Positions 29,191 to 38,561 are shown, counted from the stretch's first letter. The stretch is 64,000 nt of DNA from Bacteroidales bacterium (GCA_049512815.1 JBEKWS010000008.1:7013-71012); one strand, 5' to 3'. The notes: a model not told the origin generated them from the letters alone. Made by a program: numbers and translations.

Positions 29191-30033
29191 TTAGATCAAT
29201 TTCTGAATGCTTTTTTCGATATTGAGTTTAACCATTTGATTAAGATCTTTTTTATTGAGCAGTTTCTGCAGGGATTGTACTGAGCTTTTTTCCCGTAATT
29301 TTACCATGACGTCTGCTATGGCTGATTGCATTAGTGGTGATTCCTGCAGACTTATACTCCGGACGAGGCCTTCACGAACCTGTGGTTTATCAGATAATTT
29401 AACAAGAGCTTCAAGGGCTGCCAATCTTACATTTACATTCGGGTCCACATTTAATGTTGTAAATAAAGCATCAATTACCTTTAGGTCAACATTGCTCATT
29501 TCATCGGTATAAGAAACAGCGCGTATACGCTCTGAGGCTGAAGGGTCCTGAAGGAGAGAAAACATCATTACTTGTTTCATTTCCAAAACCTGTGAAGCGA
29601 GCGAAGCAATCTGCCTGTTGTACGAAATTGTTGTTTGTGCCGGCTGATGCAATAAATATCCCATAATGAGCCCGATTACAATCAATACAAGACTAAATGC
29701 AAAACGAGGCTTTGCCTGCATGGACCAATGCTCGCGAAGCTTAATTATCAATTCGCCAATCGGATTTTTATTTACAATCAATCCTTCTTTGTAATTTGAG
29801 ATTATAATAGCATTAAAGCCCGACCGCATTGCCTCTGAAGGCTCCGGCTGAGGGATTTCTCCCATGAGATCCCAAATTTTTTTAGTTGCCTCAAATTCTG
29901 TCCGGCAATCTGTGCAACGTGCCAGATGACTTTCGATCTCACTGCGTTGTACCTGATCAAGGGCATCAGTAAGAAGTAAGCCAAATTGTTCTCTGTAATC
30001 TTTGCATTCCATATTAATTTCTTTAATTCTCAA
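29191..30033 (-). CDS. Anti-sigma factor (zf-HC2) with a TM segment and a HEAT-like periplasmic domain. The start may be M8 at 30012.
   Basis: HLARCTDCRTEF zinc-finger motif, a central TM helix, and position directly after the ECF sigma gene. Confidence 0.7.
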   Translation of the reverse strand: MRIKEINMECKDYREQFGLLLTDALDQVQRSEIESHLARCTDCRTEFEATKKIWDLMGEIPQPEPSEAMRSGFNAIIISNYKEGLIVNKNPIGELIIKLREHWSMQAKPRFAFSLVLIVIGLIMGYLLHQPAQTTISYNRQIASLASQVLEMKQVMMFSLLQDPSASERIRAVSYTDEMSNVDLKVIDALFTTLNVDPNVNVRLAALEALVKLSDKPQVREGLVRSISLQESPLMQSAIADVMVKLREKSSVQSLQKLLNKKDLNQMVKLNIEKSIQKLI

Positions 30034-30574
30034 TTTTTAAATAATTGCTTTTCAACTGGTTCAACGCACGATGTACTCTCACTTTTACTGCTCCTTCGGT
30101 TGTATTAAGTATCTGTGCTATTTCATTATACTTTAGCTCCTGGAAGCGACATAAGATCAGTAATTCCCGGTTTTCATCGCTTAAATTCCCCATAGCTGTT
30201 TGAAGGGTTTTTAATTCCTGTTCCTTTTCTAAATGTGCATCTGCATACTGCTCCCCTTCTGTTCTTTCTTCGAAATTCTTCAGGTCGGAATGAGAAGGGG
30301 TTCTTTTAACTTTTCTAAAATGATCATACATAGCATTTCTTGCTATATGATACATCCAGGTCTTAAATTCACCAAAGCCCATAAAGCCTTCAGGATACTT
30401 CAACATTCTTAAAAAAATATTCTGAACCATATCTTCACTTAACTCTTTCTGTCTGGTCATATTAAAAAGGAATCTGTATAACTGACGATGGTATCGTTCA
30501 TAAAGCAGGCCCATTTTATCAATGTCACCATTTTTTACTTTCAGCATTAGCGCATTATCCGAGAGCGTATCCAA
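30023..30574 (-). CDS. ECF-type RNA polymerase sigma-70 factor
   Basis: Region 2 (DMVQNIFLRMLKY) and region 4 HTH (LKYNEIAQILNTTEGAVKVRVHRAL). Confidence 0.85.
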   Translation of the reverse strand: MDTLSDNALMLKVKNGDIDKMGLLYERYHRQLYRFLFNMTRQKELSEDMVQNIFLRMLKYPEGFMGFGEFKTWMYHIARNAMYDHFRKVKRTPSHSDLKNFEERTEGEQYADAHLEKEQELKTLQTAMGNLSDENRELLILCRFQELKYNEIAQILNTTEGAVKVRVHRALNQLKSNYLKIEN

Positions 30575-30774
30575 ACTTTGATGTATTAATTTGATGCAAT
30601 TTATACTGAAAACCGCTATAAAAGGAAAAGGTTACAGGGAATCGGTCAATTTTTAATAAAGATACTTTCTTAATGGCAACTCTGAGGAATCACGGAGGGT
30701 GTTGGAAAGTCGTTAAGTCTTGCTGTCTTGCTGTCTTATTTTCGTAGTGTTGATTTGCCTTTTATCTTTTACCT

Positions 30775-31473
30775 CTATTTCTTAACGGGATATCCGACTG
30801 TCTGGCCAAAAAGGACCCGTTGATCAGCGCTCAAATTTAATTTTGCCCTGAGACCGGGTTTATTGCAATTATGAAACCATGATGCCAGACCCTGGGAAGC
30901 AGCAAATAAATATACATTTGCAGCGATGAGTCCTGTATCGACAAAATAATATGACTTTTGAATTTCCGGGTCGAGCAAACCAGGTTCCTGGTAACCGGAA
31001 GTATTGGAAAGTTTATGCAAATCTGCAACGTAGATGAGACGAACAGGAGCCTTATTTCCAAAGTTCGCCTGACCCTTACCAATTGCCAGAGTACGCAGGT
31101 CGCCGGCAACAACCGGAATCAGCCGGTGATTAAATGCGTCATAAGAATAAGTACCTTCCTGAAAGGAAACATAGAGATCAATTTCCTGCGAATTGCTTGC
31201 GGTAGCTGCAGTTCTTCCCGGAATTCCAAATGGACCTTTTTTACGATTTACCCCACATGCTGCCCAGAGGAGATTTGAAAGCATCTGCAAAGGCAGCTTT
31301 TTATCACTTATCTCACGGATAGTCTTACGCTGTTTTAATGCTTTTAATACTGATCTTCTATTATCAATTTCAGGTTTCAAGAGTACAATCGGTTTCAAAT
31401 TCTGTAAAGAAGCATTATCTTTAGATTCAGAAGCTTGCGCCGATACTTTTTTTATTCTTTTCTTAAGCATCAA
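30775..31473 (-). CDS. SagB-type / nitroreductase family protein
   Basis: LLWAACGVNR...GRTAATASNSQEIDLYV is typical of SagB-like nitroreductase domains. Confidence 0.65.
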   Translation of the reverse strand: MMLKKRIKKVSAQASESKDNASLQNLKPIVLLKPEIDNRRSVLKALKQRKTIREISDKKLPLQMLSNLLWAACGVNRKKGPFGIPGRTAATASNSQEIDLYVSFQEGTYSYDAFNHRLIPVVAGDLRTLAIGKGQANFGNKAPVRLIYVADLHKLSNTSGYQEPGLLDPEIQKSYYFVDTGLIAANVYLFAASQGLASWFHNCNKPGLRAKLNLSADQRVLFGQTVGYPVKK

Positions 31474-31540
31474 ATCCTTCTTTCTTTTTCAGGAATTGTT
31501 TATTAATAGAATTCTCATGCTAAAATATCCTTGAAGCCGG

Positions 31541-32695
31541 CTATTTATCAAAATTAATCCTTTTGAAATCAGCTAGTTTCATGGCCTCTTTCCTGTATAT
31601 TTTACGGGTTTGTTTTTCGCCGTTGGCTTCACTAATGCGGCTCAGACCAAAATAAGCATAGGCAGCATATTCATTCCCATACTTACCAAATATTGAAATG
31701 TCACTGATCCCTTTATTATAATATTGTTGAGCCAGTTTATTATCATGATACTTCTTTTCCTGTACTATTCCCTTTAAAATTATAAACTGTGCCTGAAAAT
31801 ATTTATTTCCTTCTTCCTCTGGTGAAGCTGATATCAGTTTTTCAGCTTCGTCATATTTCTTCATGAGCAGAAGATTTCTTATATATGTGATAAGATAAAG
31901 TACATTACCAGGGTACTTTTCATTAAGAGTTTTGCAGTAATATGAACTCTCAGAGAGCTTATTCTCAAAATTTAAATAAATCAATGCAAGCAAAGAACAT
32001 GATTCAGCTCTTAACACAACAGAATTTATGGCGGCTGTCTGCAATTCTTTTAATCCTGTTTCCATATCTCCATGTGGAAATAGAAGGGCCAGAGGTTTAT
32101 ACACCGGATATATTTTGGGATAGGCCTCACGGTAATATTTGTAAACTCCGGTAAAATAGTATAAATCCGTACAGACTGCGGCAAAATCAAAGGCACGCCT
32201 CAAATGTTTATAAGTACTTGTTGTAAGAGGAATAACCTCCATAATAAGATCATTATCATCATAAAACGTCAAAAGCATTCCCCTTGCACACAAATCAGCC
32301 AGCAAATATTCTGCCTTATAATCCGGATTATCATTCGTTTCCGATAGTCTGATGCATTGACGCATATCTTCTTCAAAGGAAACATGAGAAGAAGATGTAT
32401 GAAGCATAGGATAATTCTCCCAGTACGTCATAATTCCTCTCAGAAGGAATACAATCGGATGTCCGGGATATGACCGGATGATCTTTGTGTAAACCTCACG
32501 GGCATTATTAAACTGCAGATTATAAATGTAATCAATATCATTCTTAACCAGGTTAAAAGCAGTCGTATCCTGAAGTAATTGAGCATTTACCGGGACTGAG
32601 CTTAGAAATAATGAAAGCCCCATCCATTTCATGATTATTTTGAACCTTCCGGTCATTGTTAAAGAAAATTTCTGGTATAAATTTATTAAAATCAA
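31541..32695 (-). CDS. Secreted helical-repeat (TPR-like) hypothetical protein. The likely start is further in, at MKWMGLSLFL.
   Basis: Signal peptide ending VNAQ and a helical-repeat-like composition. No catalytic motif. Confidence 0.4.
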   Translation of the reverse strand: MILINLYQKFSLTMTGRFKIIMKWMGLSLFLSSVPVNAQLLQDTTAFNLVKNDIDYIYNLQFNNAREVYTKIIRSYPGHPIVFLLRGIMTYWENYPMLHTSSSHVSFEEDMRQCIRLSETNDNPDYKAEYLLADLCARGMLLTFYDDNDLIMEVIPLTTSTYKHLRRAFDFAAVCTDLYYFTGVYKYYREAYPKIYPVYKPLALLFPHGDMETGLKELQTAAINSVVLRAESCSLLALIYLNFENKLSESSYYCKTLNEKYPGNVLYLITYIRNLLLMKKYDEAEKLISASPEEEGNKYFQAQFIILKGIVQEKKYHDNKLAQQYYNKGISDISIFGKYGNEYAAYAYFGLSRISEANGEKQTRKIYRKEAMKLADFKRINFDK

Positions 32696-32925
32696 ATCTA
32701 AATCGCAAGATCAGGGATCTGCGGTACTGCGGTCTCGCAGTCTTGCGGTCGTTTTGACTTTTGTATTTTGACTTTTTTTACAACGGCGTTATATGGATTC
32801 AAATCTCCCCTTCCCCCATTCTCCTCTGCGCCCACTCTTCCTCTCAAGCTTTTGTGCCTTTGTACTATTACACCATTGCACCTATGTACCATTCTTCCTA
32901 TCTTTGTTTTCCTATTTCCCATGAT

Positions 32926-33348
32926 ATGTATCAGAAAGATTACATCCTCCGTATGATTGAGATGCTAGGTGACCTTATTGCCGGTATCCTGGGACTGATC
33001 AAAAAAGGTGAGTTTGAACATGCTGAAGAAAAACTTGAGAACCTCTATAACAAAATGCTTAAAGAGGATTCTGCCTTCTTCAGGGATATCCCTGAGAACG
33101 ACCTGACAGACAGGCTGCTTCATCAGCATAATTATACCAATGGCCATCTGGAGGTATTGGCAGAGCTCTTCAATGCTGAGGCTGAGCTGTGCCTGGCACA
33201 GGGTAATAAACCCGGAAGTCTTGAGTATTCACACAGGTCATTGAGGCTGTTTGAGTTTATCGATGCGGAATACAGGGTCTTCTCCCGGGAGCGTATTTAC
33301 AAGATGGAGGCAATACGGGAAAGAATAAGAACACTGGAAACCGTTTAG
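32926..33348 (+). CDS. Hypothetical protein (about 140 aa, helical)
   Basis: The track ORF 32761-33348 has an N-terminus that translates the repeat island. The first plausible start is the ATG at 32926 (MYQKDYILRM). Confidence 0.45.
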   Translation: MYQKDYILRMIEMLGDLIAGILGLIKKGEFEHAEEKLENLYNKMLKEDSAFFRDIPENDLTDRLLHQHNYTNGHLEVLAELFNAEAELCLAQGNKPGSLEYSHRSLRLFEFIDAEYRVFSRERIYKMEAIRERIRTLETV

Positions 33349-33423
33349 AGCTGAGCGTTCTGTGTTCAATAAGTCGCATCTTCATAAGTTTCTTTGTTGA
33401 AAAAGATTTTCTTCAGACTTAAC

Positions 33424-34908
33424 TTAATCTTTAGAATTTAATTTTAACATTATCTCTCTAAAGCTTTCTAATCCCGCTTCCATGTTTTCAATAATTTCAG
33501 CTGCCAGAATATCAGGATCAGGCAGGTTGTCGAGATCGGCCAGTGATTTATCTTTTATCCAGGTTATATCAAGACTGGTTTTATCCCGACTGATAATTTC
33601 CTCATAAGTGAATTTTCTCCATTGCCCTTCCGGATTAGTATCTGAATTAAATGTCTCTTTTCGAAGTTGCCTGTTGACCGGATTATAAATTTTGATGAAA
33701 TCTTTAAGGTCATCCATCTTAAGTGGATTTTTCTTAAGGGTGTGGTGAATATTTGTCCGGTAATCATAAATCCAGACTTCTCTGGTCCATGGCTCCCTGG
33801 AAGCCGGTTTGGCATCAAAAAATATGACATTCGCTTTCACACCCTGGGCATAAAATATTCCGGTCGGTAACCTCAGAATAGTATGCAGATCTGTGGTTTC
33901 CAGTATTTTTTTTCTTACGGTTTCTCCGGCGCCTCCCTCAAACAGAACATTATCAGGTACAACAACTGCTGCCTTCCCAGTAGTTTTCAGCATGGTACGT
34001 ATATGTTGTACAAAATTTAATTGCTTGTTACTTGTTGTTGCCCAGAAATCCTGACGATTGTAAGTCAGGTCTTCTTTCTCTTGTTCCCCTTCCTCATTTG
34101 TGAATGTCATGCTGCTTTTCTTTCCGAAAGGGGGATTAGTAAGTACATAATCAAACCTCATCCCGTTATCGGCAACGAGGGAATCGTTTGGAGATATTAC
34201 ATTTTCACTTTCAATATCTCCAATGTTATGAAGAAAGAGGTTCATAAGACACAGTCTTCTTGTGTTGGCAACTATCTCGTTGCCGAAGAAGGTCTTGTAT
34301 TTTAGGGATTGCTTTTGCTCAATGTTAAGTGAATGATTGGCGATCAGATTATCATATGATGCAAGGAAAAAGCCACCGGTTCCACAGGCAGGATCAGCAA
34401 TGGTTTTTTCGGGTTGAAGGTTTAAACATTCTACCATCACTTTTATAAGTGCTCGCGGAGTAAAATATTGCCCGGCCCCGCTCTTGGTATCCTCGGCATT
34501 CTTCTCGAGAAGCCCCTCATAAATCTGACCCTTGATATCTGTTCCCATCGTGCTCCACCTCTCTTTATCTATCAGATCGATCAGTTTGAACAACTTGGCC
34601 GGATCCTGAATTTTATTCTGGCTCTTGGTAAAAACCTGACCAAGAATTCCTTTTTGCTGTGATAATTCCCTGAGTAATACTGAATAATGTAGCTCAAGAG
34701 CTGCACCCGTTTTTGAAGTCAAGCTTTCCCAGTTGTATTCTTTAGGAATAGGAAGTTTACGGTTATAAGGCGGCTTGCTGAATTCATCAGCAAGCTTAAG
34801 GAACAGCAGATAAGTCAGTTGTTCAAGATAATCGCCATAGCTTACACCATCATCGCGAAGGGTGTTGCAGAAATTCCAGACTTTGCTGATTATTGTGGAT
34901 GTATTCAT
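33424..34908 (-). CDS. hsdM: Type I restriction-modification system methyltransferase subunit
   Basis: HsdM N-terminal domain (WNFCNTLRDDG), motif I DPACGTGGF and catalytic NPPFG. Confidence 0.9.
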   Translation of the reverse strand: MNTSTIISKVWNFCNTLRDDGVSYGDYLEQLTYLLFLKLADEFSKPPYNRKLPIPKEYNWESLTSKTGAALELHYSVLLRELSQQKGILGQVFTKSQNKIQDPAKLFKLIDLIDKERWSTMGTDIKGQIYEGLLEKNAEDTKSGAGQYFTPRALIKVMVECLNLQPEKTIADPACGTGGFFLASYDNLIANHSLNIEQKQSLKYKTFFGNEIVANTRRLCLMNLFLHNIGDIESENVISPNDSLVADNGMRFDYVLTNPPFGKKSSMTFTNEEGEQEKEDLTYNRQDFWATTSNKQLNFVQHIRTMLKTTGKAAVVVPDNVLFEGGAGETVRKKILETTDLHTILRLPTGIFYAQGVKANVIFFDAKPASREPWTREVWIYDYRTNIHHTLKKNPLKMDDLKDFIKIYNPVNRQLRKETFNSDTNPEGQWRKFTYEEIISRDKTSLDITWIKDKSLADLDNLPDPDILAAEIIENMEAGLESFREIMLKLNSKD

Positions 34909-34953
34909 TTTATAATTTTTATTTTCTTTCGGAAGAATTTTTCAAACTTTTCC

Positions 34954-35607
34954 AGCTCCGGAGGAGCGGTACATTAATAGTAAATTTAGTTATAAAAATA
35001 CCGAGCTCCGAAGGAGCGGGAAATTAATAGAAGAATTAATCATATCAATGTTGAGCTCCGGAGGAGCGATATCTTTAAATATCATCAAACAGATATTCGG
35101 TTTTATAGACTATATTATTATAATTAAGCAAATTAACATATTCCTCCTTGAAACTCTTCATCTTATGATGTTCTTCCTGGTTTTTAATATAATTGATTAT
35201 TGTATCCAATTCGGCAGGATTACACGTGAAGGCTCCGAATCCATGTTGCCATTCAAAACGTCCTTGAACCCATCTCTGTTCGTTGATAAAACGGGATGAG
35301 TTGGCTTTTATATCTCTGATCAGATCAGATAAAGCTATAGCGGGTTTAATGCTCAACAGAAGGTGAATATGATCGGGCATGCCATTGATTATCATTAGTT
35401 TCTGATCATTATTAGTAACGATACCTGTTATATATCTGTATAGATCATCTTTCCATCGCAGGGAGATGATGTTTTCTCTGCCTCTGACGGCAAAGACTGT
35501 ATGAATGAATAATTTTGTATATGTATCGGCCATGAGGTGTCGCTCCTCCGGAGCTCATAATATTTTATATATCAATAGTTCTATTAATATTTCGCTCCTC
35601 CGGAGCT
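34954..35607 (-). mobile_element. REPtron: a RAYT transposase gene flanked by inverted REP hairpin units
   Basis: Three forward units, (g)agctccg(g/a)aggagcg, at 34954-34968, 35003-35018 and 35053-35068. Two inverted units, cgctcctccggagct, at 35541-35556 and 35593-35607. Three of the five units carry the attaatag tail. Confidence 0.7.
35075..35533 (-). CDS. REP-associated tyrosine transposase (IS200/IS605 Y1 family, RAYT)
   Basis: MADTYTKLFIHTVFAVRGRE ... HIHLLLS (HUH motif) ... a C-terminal Tyr region. 152 aa. Confidence 0.8.
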   Translation of the reverse strand: MADTYTKLFIHTVFAVRGRENIISLRWKDDLYRYITGIVTNNDQKLMIINGMPDHIHLLLSIKPAIALSDLIRDIKANSSRFINEQRWVQGRFEWQHGFGAFTCNPAELDTIINYIKNQEEHHKMKSFKEEYVNLLNYNNIVYKTEYLFDDI

Positions 35608-36955
35608 AATTATAGTTCTCATCCGGTTTAACTAGTTTCCCTTCAAACGCCTGTTTAAGAATCGATTGCCGTAGCGATTCGGATTGTTGCAGGCAGTTTT
35701 CAATTGTCTCCTCCATCTTATCGCAGACTGAAAAACGGGTTTCGATCTCAGAAATAATATGTTGTTGTTCTTCAATTGAAGGAATCAACATTTCAATTTC
35801 CTTGAAATCTTTGATCCCGACTAAATTTGGCATTGCAGTTCCTTGTGATTGATCAAAGATTTTCTTTTGAAAAAAAGCTGTCCTAAAGTGCTGGATAAAG
35901 TATTTGTTTAGGATAATATTATTTCTTAGGCGAATTCTTAGCAACGCCTGATTAATAATGCCTGCTTTCGCATCTTTTGGGATTTCACATATTCTCCCCA
36001 GGGTTACTCCAGAGCAACTTATAATTAAATCATTAGGAATTACTTTGAAATTTTTTAATTCATTGTATTTATCCTCATTAATAAAATACTTTCCTCTGTA
36101 AGGATCATTATTTATTGCATTTCCCTGTTCATAAACCTTATAACCAACCGGTACAAAAAAATCTTTCTTGATAGCGCTCCCAAAGGGTCCTCGTCTTAAT
36201 CCCTCTTTATCGAGTGTGATGTCTTTCAATTTATAAGATTTCCATCCTACTGGCAATTCTTTTCCAGACAGGTCGTGGCCTTTCGTTAAAGTGAATCTAC
36301 CCTCAAAAGCCCACTTTAAAACTGACTGTCGATAGGTTTTCAATTGCAGCTTTACCATTCCGAGTTGCTGTTTACCTTTACCCAACTCGCTGAATAACTC
36401 TTCGATCTTGGATACTATTTGTTGTTGCTCCAAGAGAGGGGGAAGTGGAACATTTATCTTTATGTAGTCAGGGAATTTGAGATTTCTAAGATTATTACTT
36501 CCTCCCTGGTATTTAATTATTTCTCCTGTAGAGTAGAAAAATCGTAAATAATAGTTTAAAAACTTTGAATCATTTTCTTTTAAAGGTCTAATAACTCGTA
36601 AAAAATTGGTGCAAATCTTGGGTATATCTTTCTCAAAACTCAAAGTTGCTTTATCAATTAAGACAGTTCTACCAACAGGCTGCTCTGGACCGCCTCCAGA
36701 AATCTCAACAAGAATATCTCCAACTTCGAGTTGTCTGGTAATGATTGATGATTTTTTAATTTTCCGAAGAGAAGCTGTCATACCTTTTGATATTTCCCAG
36801 TTCCGTATTTCGGAACCTCTTATGCAATAAGCCAATTCATATCCAGGGTCAGAGTAAGTTATTTCTTTTCCCCAATCACCACCAATAGCTAGTTGAATCA
36901 ACTCCCTAAGACTTTTTATTTCCCAATGCTTTGGAATTGTATCTTTATCAATCAT
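35606..36955 (-). CDS. hsdS: Type I R-M specificity subunit. Start taken at the ATG at 36955, 4 nt after the upstream stop.
   Basis: Two target-recognition domains separated by conserved helices (LPPLLEQQQIVSKIEELF and IPSIEEQQHIISEIETRF; ...LKWAFEGRF and ...LKQAFEGKL). Confidence 0.85.
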   Translation of the reverse strand: MIDKDTIPKHWEIKSLRELIQLAIGGDWGKEITYSDPGYELAYCIRGSEIRNWEISKGMTASLRKIKKSSIITRQLEVGDILVEISGGGPEQPVGRTVLIDKATLSFEKDIPKICTNFLRVIRPLKENDSKFLNYYLRFFYSTGEIIKYQGGSNNLRNLKFPDYIKINVPLPPLLEQQQIVSKIEELFSELGKGKQQLGMVKLQLKTYRQSVLKWAFEGRFTLTKGHDLSGKELPVGWKSYKLKDITLDKEGLRRGPFGSAIKKDFFVPVGYKVYEQGNAINNDPYRGKYFINEDKYNELKNFKVIPNDLIISCSGVTLGRICEIPKDAKAGIINQALLRIRLRNNIILNKYFIQHFRTAFFQKKIFDQSQGTAMPNLVGIKDFKEIEMLIPSIEEQQHIISEIETRFSVCDKMEETIENCLQQSESLRQSILKQAFEGKLVKPDENYN

Positions 36956-36959
36956 TATA

Positions 36960-37685
36960 TTAAATTGAACTAACCTTTTGAGGTATTTCTGTGTATTGTT
37001 TCCCTTGAAGTAATTTTCCGTTTTTCTTTTTATTTGTGCCACCCCATTGTTTAAAATAAAAGGTAACATTTGCATTCCGACATTGATCTTTAATATCCAG
37101 GACCCATTCTTCTTTTACAGGGCGCGGTGTCCTGCCGCTTTCTCCACCAACAATAACCCAGTCAATATCTGCAAGATTCATACCGGAGATCTCAGTTAGT
37201 AATGGTTCGCAACTTAGGAATTTGATTTTTGCTCCGGTTTGTCTCAGTAAATCAATGCGTTTTGTAACGGTATTATCTTCAACCGTAACTCCCATCCAGA
37301 TATTATGTGTCCATTCAAGATAACCTTCTTTATCATAATATAAGAGCAGATCAGCTCGCTTTGTAAGTATTTGAAAAACATGGTGAGGGTTCTCCTTCAT
37401 TATCTTAAAGACATCTATTATATATTGTACAGGTATATCTTTATGGAAAAGATCGCTCATTGAGTTAACAAAGATCACTCTCGGTTTCTTCCATGTATAA
37501 GGTTCCTTTAGTGTTTCAGGATGCAAAGTCAGATTGAAACCATTCAGGTATTTCTCCTGTCCCATCGCCTGTAGCCTGCGGGTCATAACTTCGGCATAAC
37601 AGTTCTTACAACCGGCAGAAATCTTTGTACAACCTGTTATCGGATTCCAGGTCGATTCGGTCCATTCTATTTTGGTTTTAGCCAT
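36960..37685 (-). CDS. DUF5131 / phage Gp37-Gp68 family three-Cys-motif protein
   Basis: N-terminus MAKTKIEWTESTWNPITGCTKISAGCKNCYAE (a CX6CX2C triad) and C-terminal WVIVGGESG...FYFKQWGG. Family recognised from memory (PF07505). Confidence 0.75.
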   Translation of the reverse strand: MAKTKIEWTESTWNPITGCTKISAGCKNCYAEVMTRRLQAMGQEKYLNGFNLTLHPETLKEPYTWKKPRVIFVNSMSDLFHKDIPVQYIIDVFKIMKENPHHVFQILTKRADLLLYYDKEGYLEWTHNIWMGVTVEDNTVTKRIDLLRQTGAKIKFLSCEPLLTEISGMNLADIDWVIVGGESGRTPRPVKEEWVLDIKDQCRNANVTFYFKQWGGTNKKKNGKLLQGKQYTEIPQKVSSI

Positions 37686-37687
37686 AT

Positions 37688-38560
37688 TTAAAAATCTAAA
37701 GATAGTTGTTGTTTAACTCTCTGCTGAACCTTAGTAAAGTAATCCTCCCCTCTGGTATGCTTTGAATAGAAAGAAAGATAATATAACGGAAGATTTTTTT
37801 CATTTGACCTTATCTGGTGCATATGTTTTTCAGGCTTGTATCCAAGTTTACACATTTGCGACTGATACTGATCTGCGAGAAATTTTACGAAATCTTTTCT
37901 ATAAATACAACCATTCTGTTCAAATACCTCGCGCCAGCTTTCAAGCCCAAGATAATTTGCTATCCGCTGGTTTTCATCTTTCATATATTTCTCAAAATTC
38001 CTGTTAGCGTCCATGTGTAAAGCCTGTAGTATAAGAAAATCCATAAGGTTTTTACCGAGCTTTGCTATTGTAGAAAAACTTAGATCTAAAGAGAAAGGGT
38101 CAACGAAACAGAAAGGTAAAAGTGTGTTGCCTTTTTTGAAACCTGGAATTGATTTAAGAACAGCTTCTATGCTTTGATTGCTATCACCTAATAGTAGATC
38201 AAAGTTCAGATGATTATAATCTCTTTCAACTCTCTTTTTAAGAGCTTCAAAACGCACAGGGTCCTGTTCACATAAAATATATTTTGTGAAGGGATTAGGA
38301 ACTGACATTGCAATAAGAGCCGAAGATTTATAGACTATCTTAGTTTCCTTTATCCTTGAATATCCGGCTCCGGCAAAAAGATCAATATAAATAAGTTGAT
38401 CCCATTTTCTTTTCATACCTGAAGTAAAAATATCGCAATAACTTCCTGCAAGTTTGTATTTTTCAAGCGACCACGATCTTACTTCCGGAGTAAAAAGACC
38501 ATCATCAGGTACTTTCATCAATGGGTCAAAATGGATAATATTTTGACTGGGTATCCTCAT
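37688..38560 (-). CDS. tcmP: Three-Cys-motif partner protein TcmP-like (Rossmann / methyltransferase-like fold)
   Basis: EVRSWSLEKYKL..., then IDLFAGAG (SAM motif-I-like), ILCEQD and FCFVDPF. Always-adjacent partner of PF07505 as I recall TIGR04474. Confidence 0.65.
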   Translation of the reverse strand: MRIPSQNIIHFDPLMKVPDDGLFTPEVRSWSLEKYKLAGSYCDIFTSGMKRKWDQLIYIDLFAGAGYSRIKETKIVYKSSALIAMSVPNPFTKYILCEQDPVRFEALKKRVERDYNHLNFDLLLGDSNQSIEAVLKSIPGFKKGNTLLPFCFVDPFSLDLSFSTIAKLGKNLMDFLILQALHMDANRNFEKYMKDENQRIANYLGLESWREVFEQNGCIYRKDFVKFLADQYQSQMCKLGYKPEKHMHQIRSNEKNLPLYYLSFYSKHTRGEDYFTKVQQRVKQQLSLDF

Positions 38561-38561
38561 T

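Noticed and set aside
32761-32925. The N-terminal part of ORF 32761-33348, plus the overlapping ORFs 32698-32922 and 32768-32956.
   Set aside because: All of them are read through the 220-nt low-complexity island. Three mutually overlapping frames are open there, which argues for a compositional artefact.
36960-37685. A prophage remnant, suggested by the 'phage Gp37/Gp68' family name.
   Set aside because: There are no capsid, tail, terminase, integrase or att-like features nearby. The gene is embedded in, and translationally coupled to, an R-M operon.
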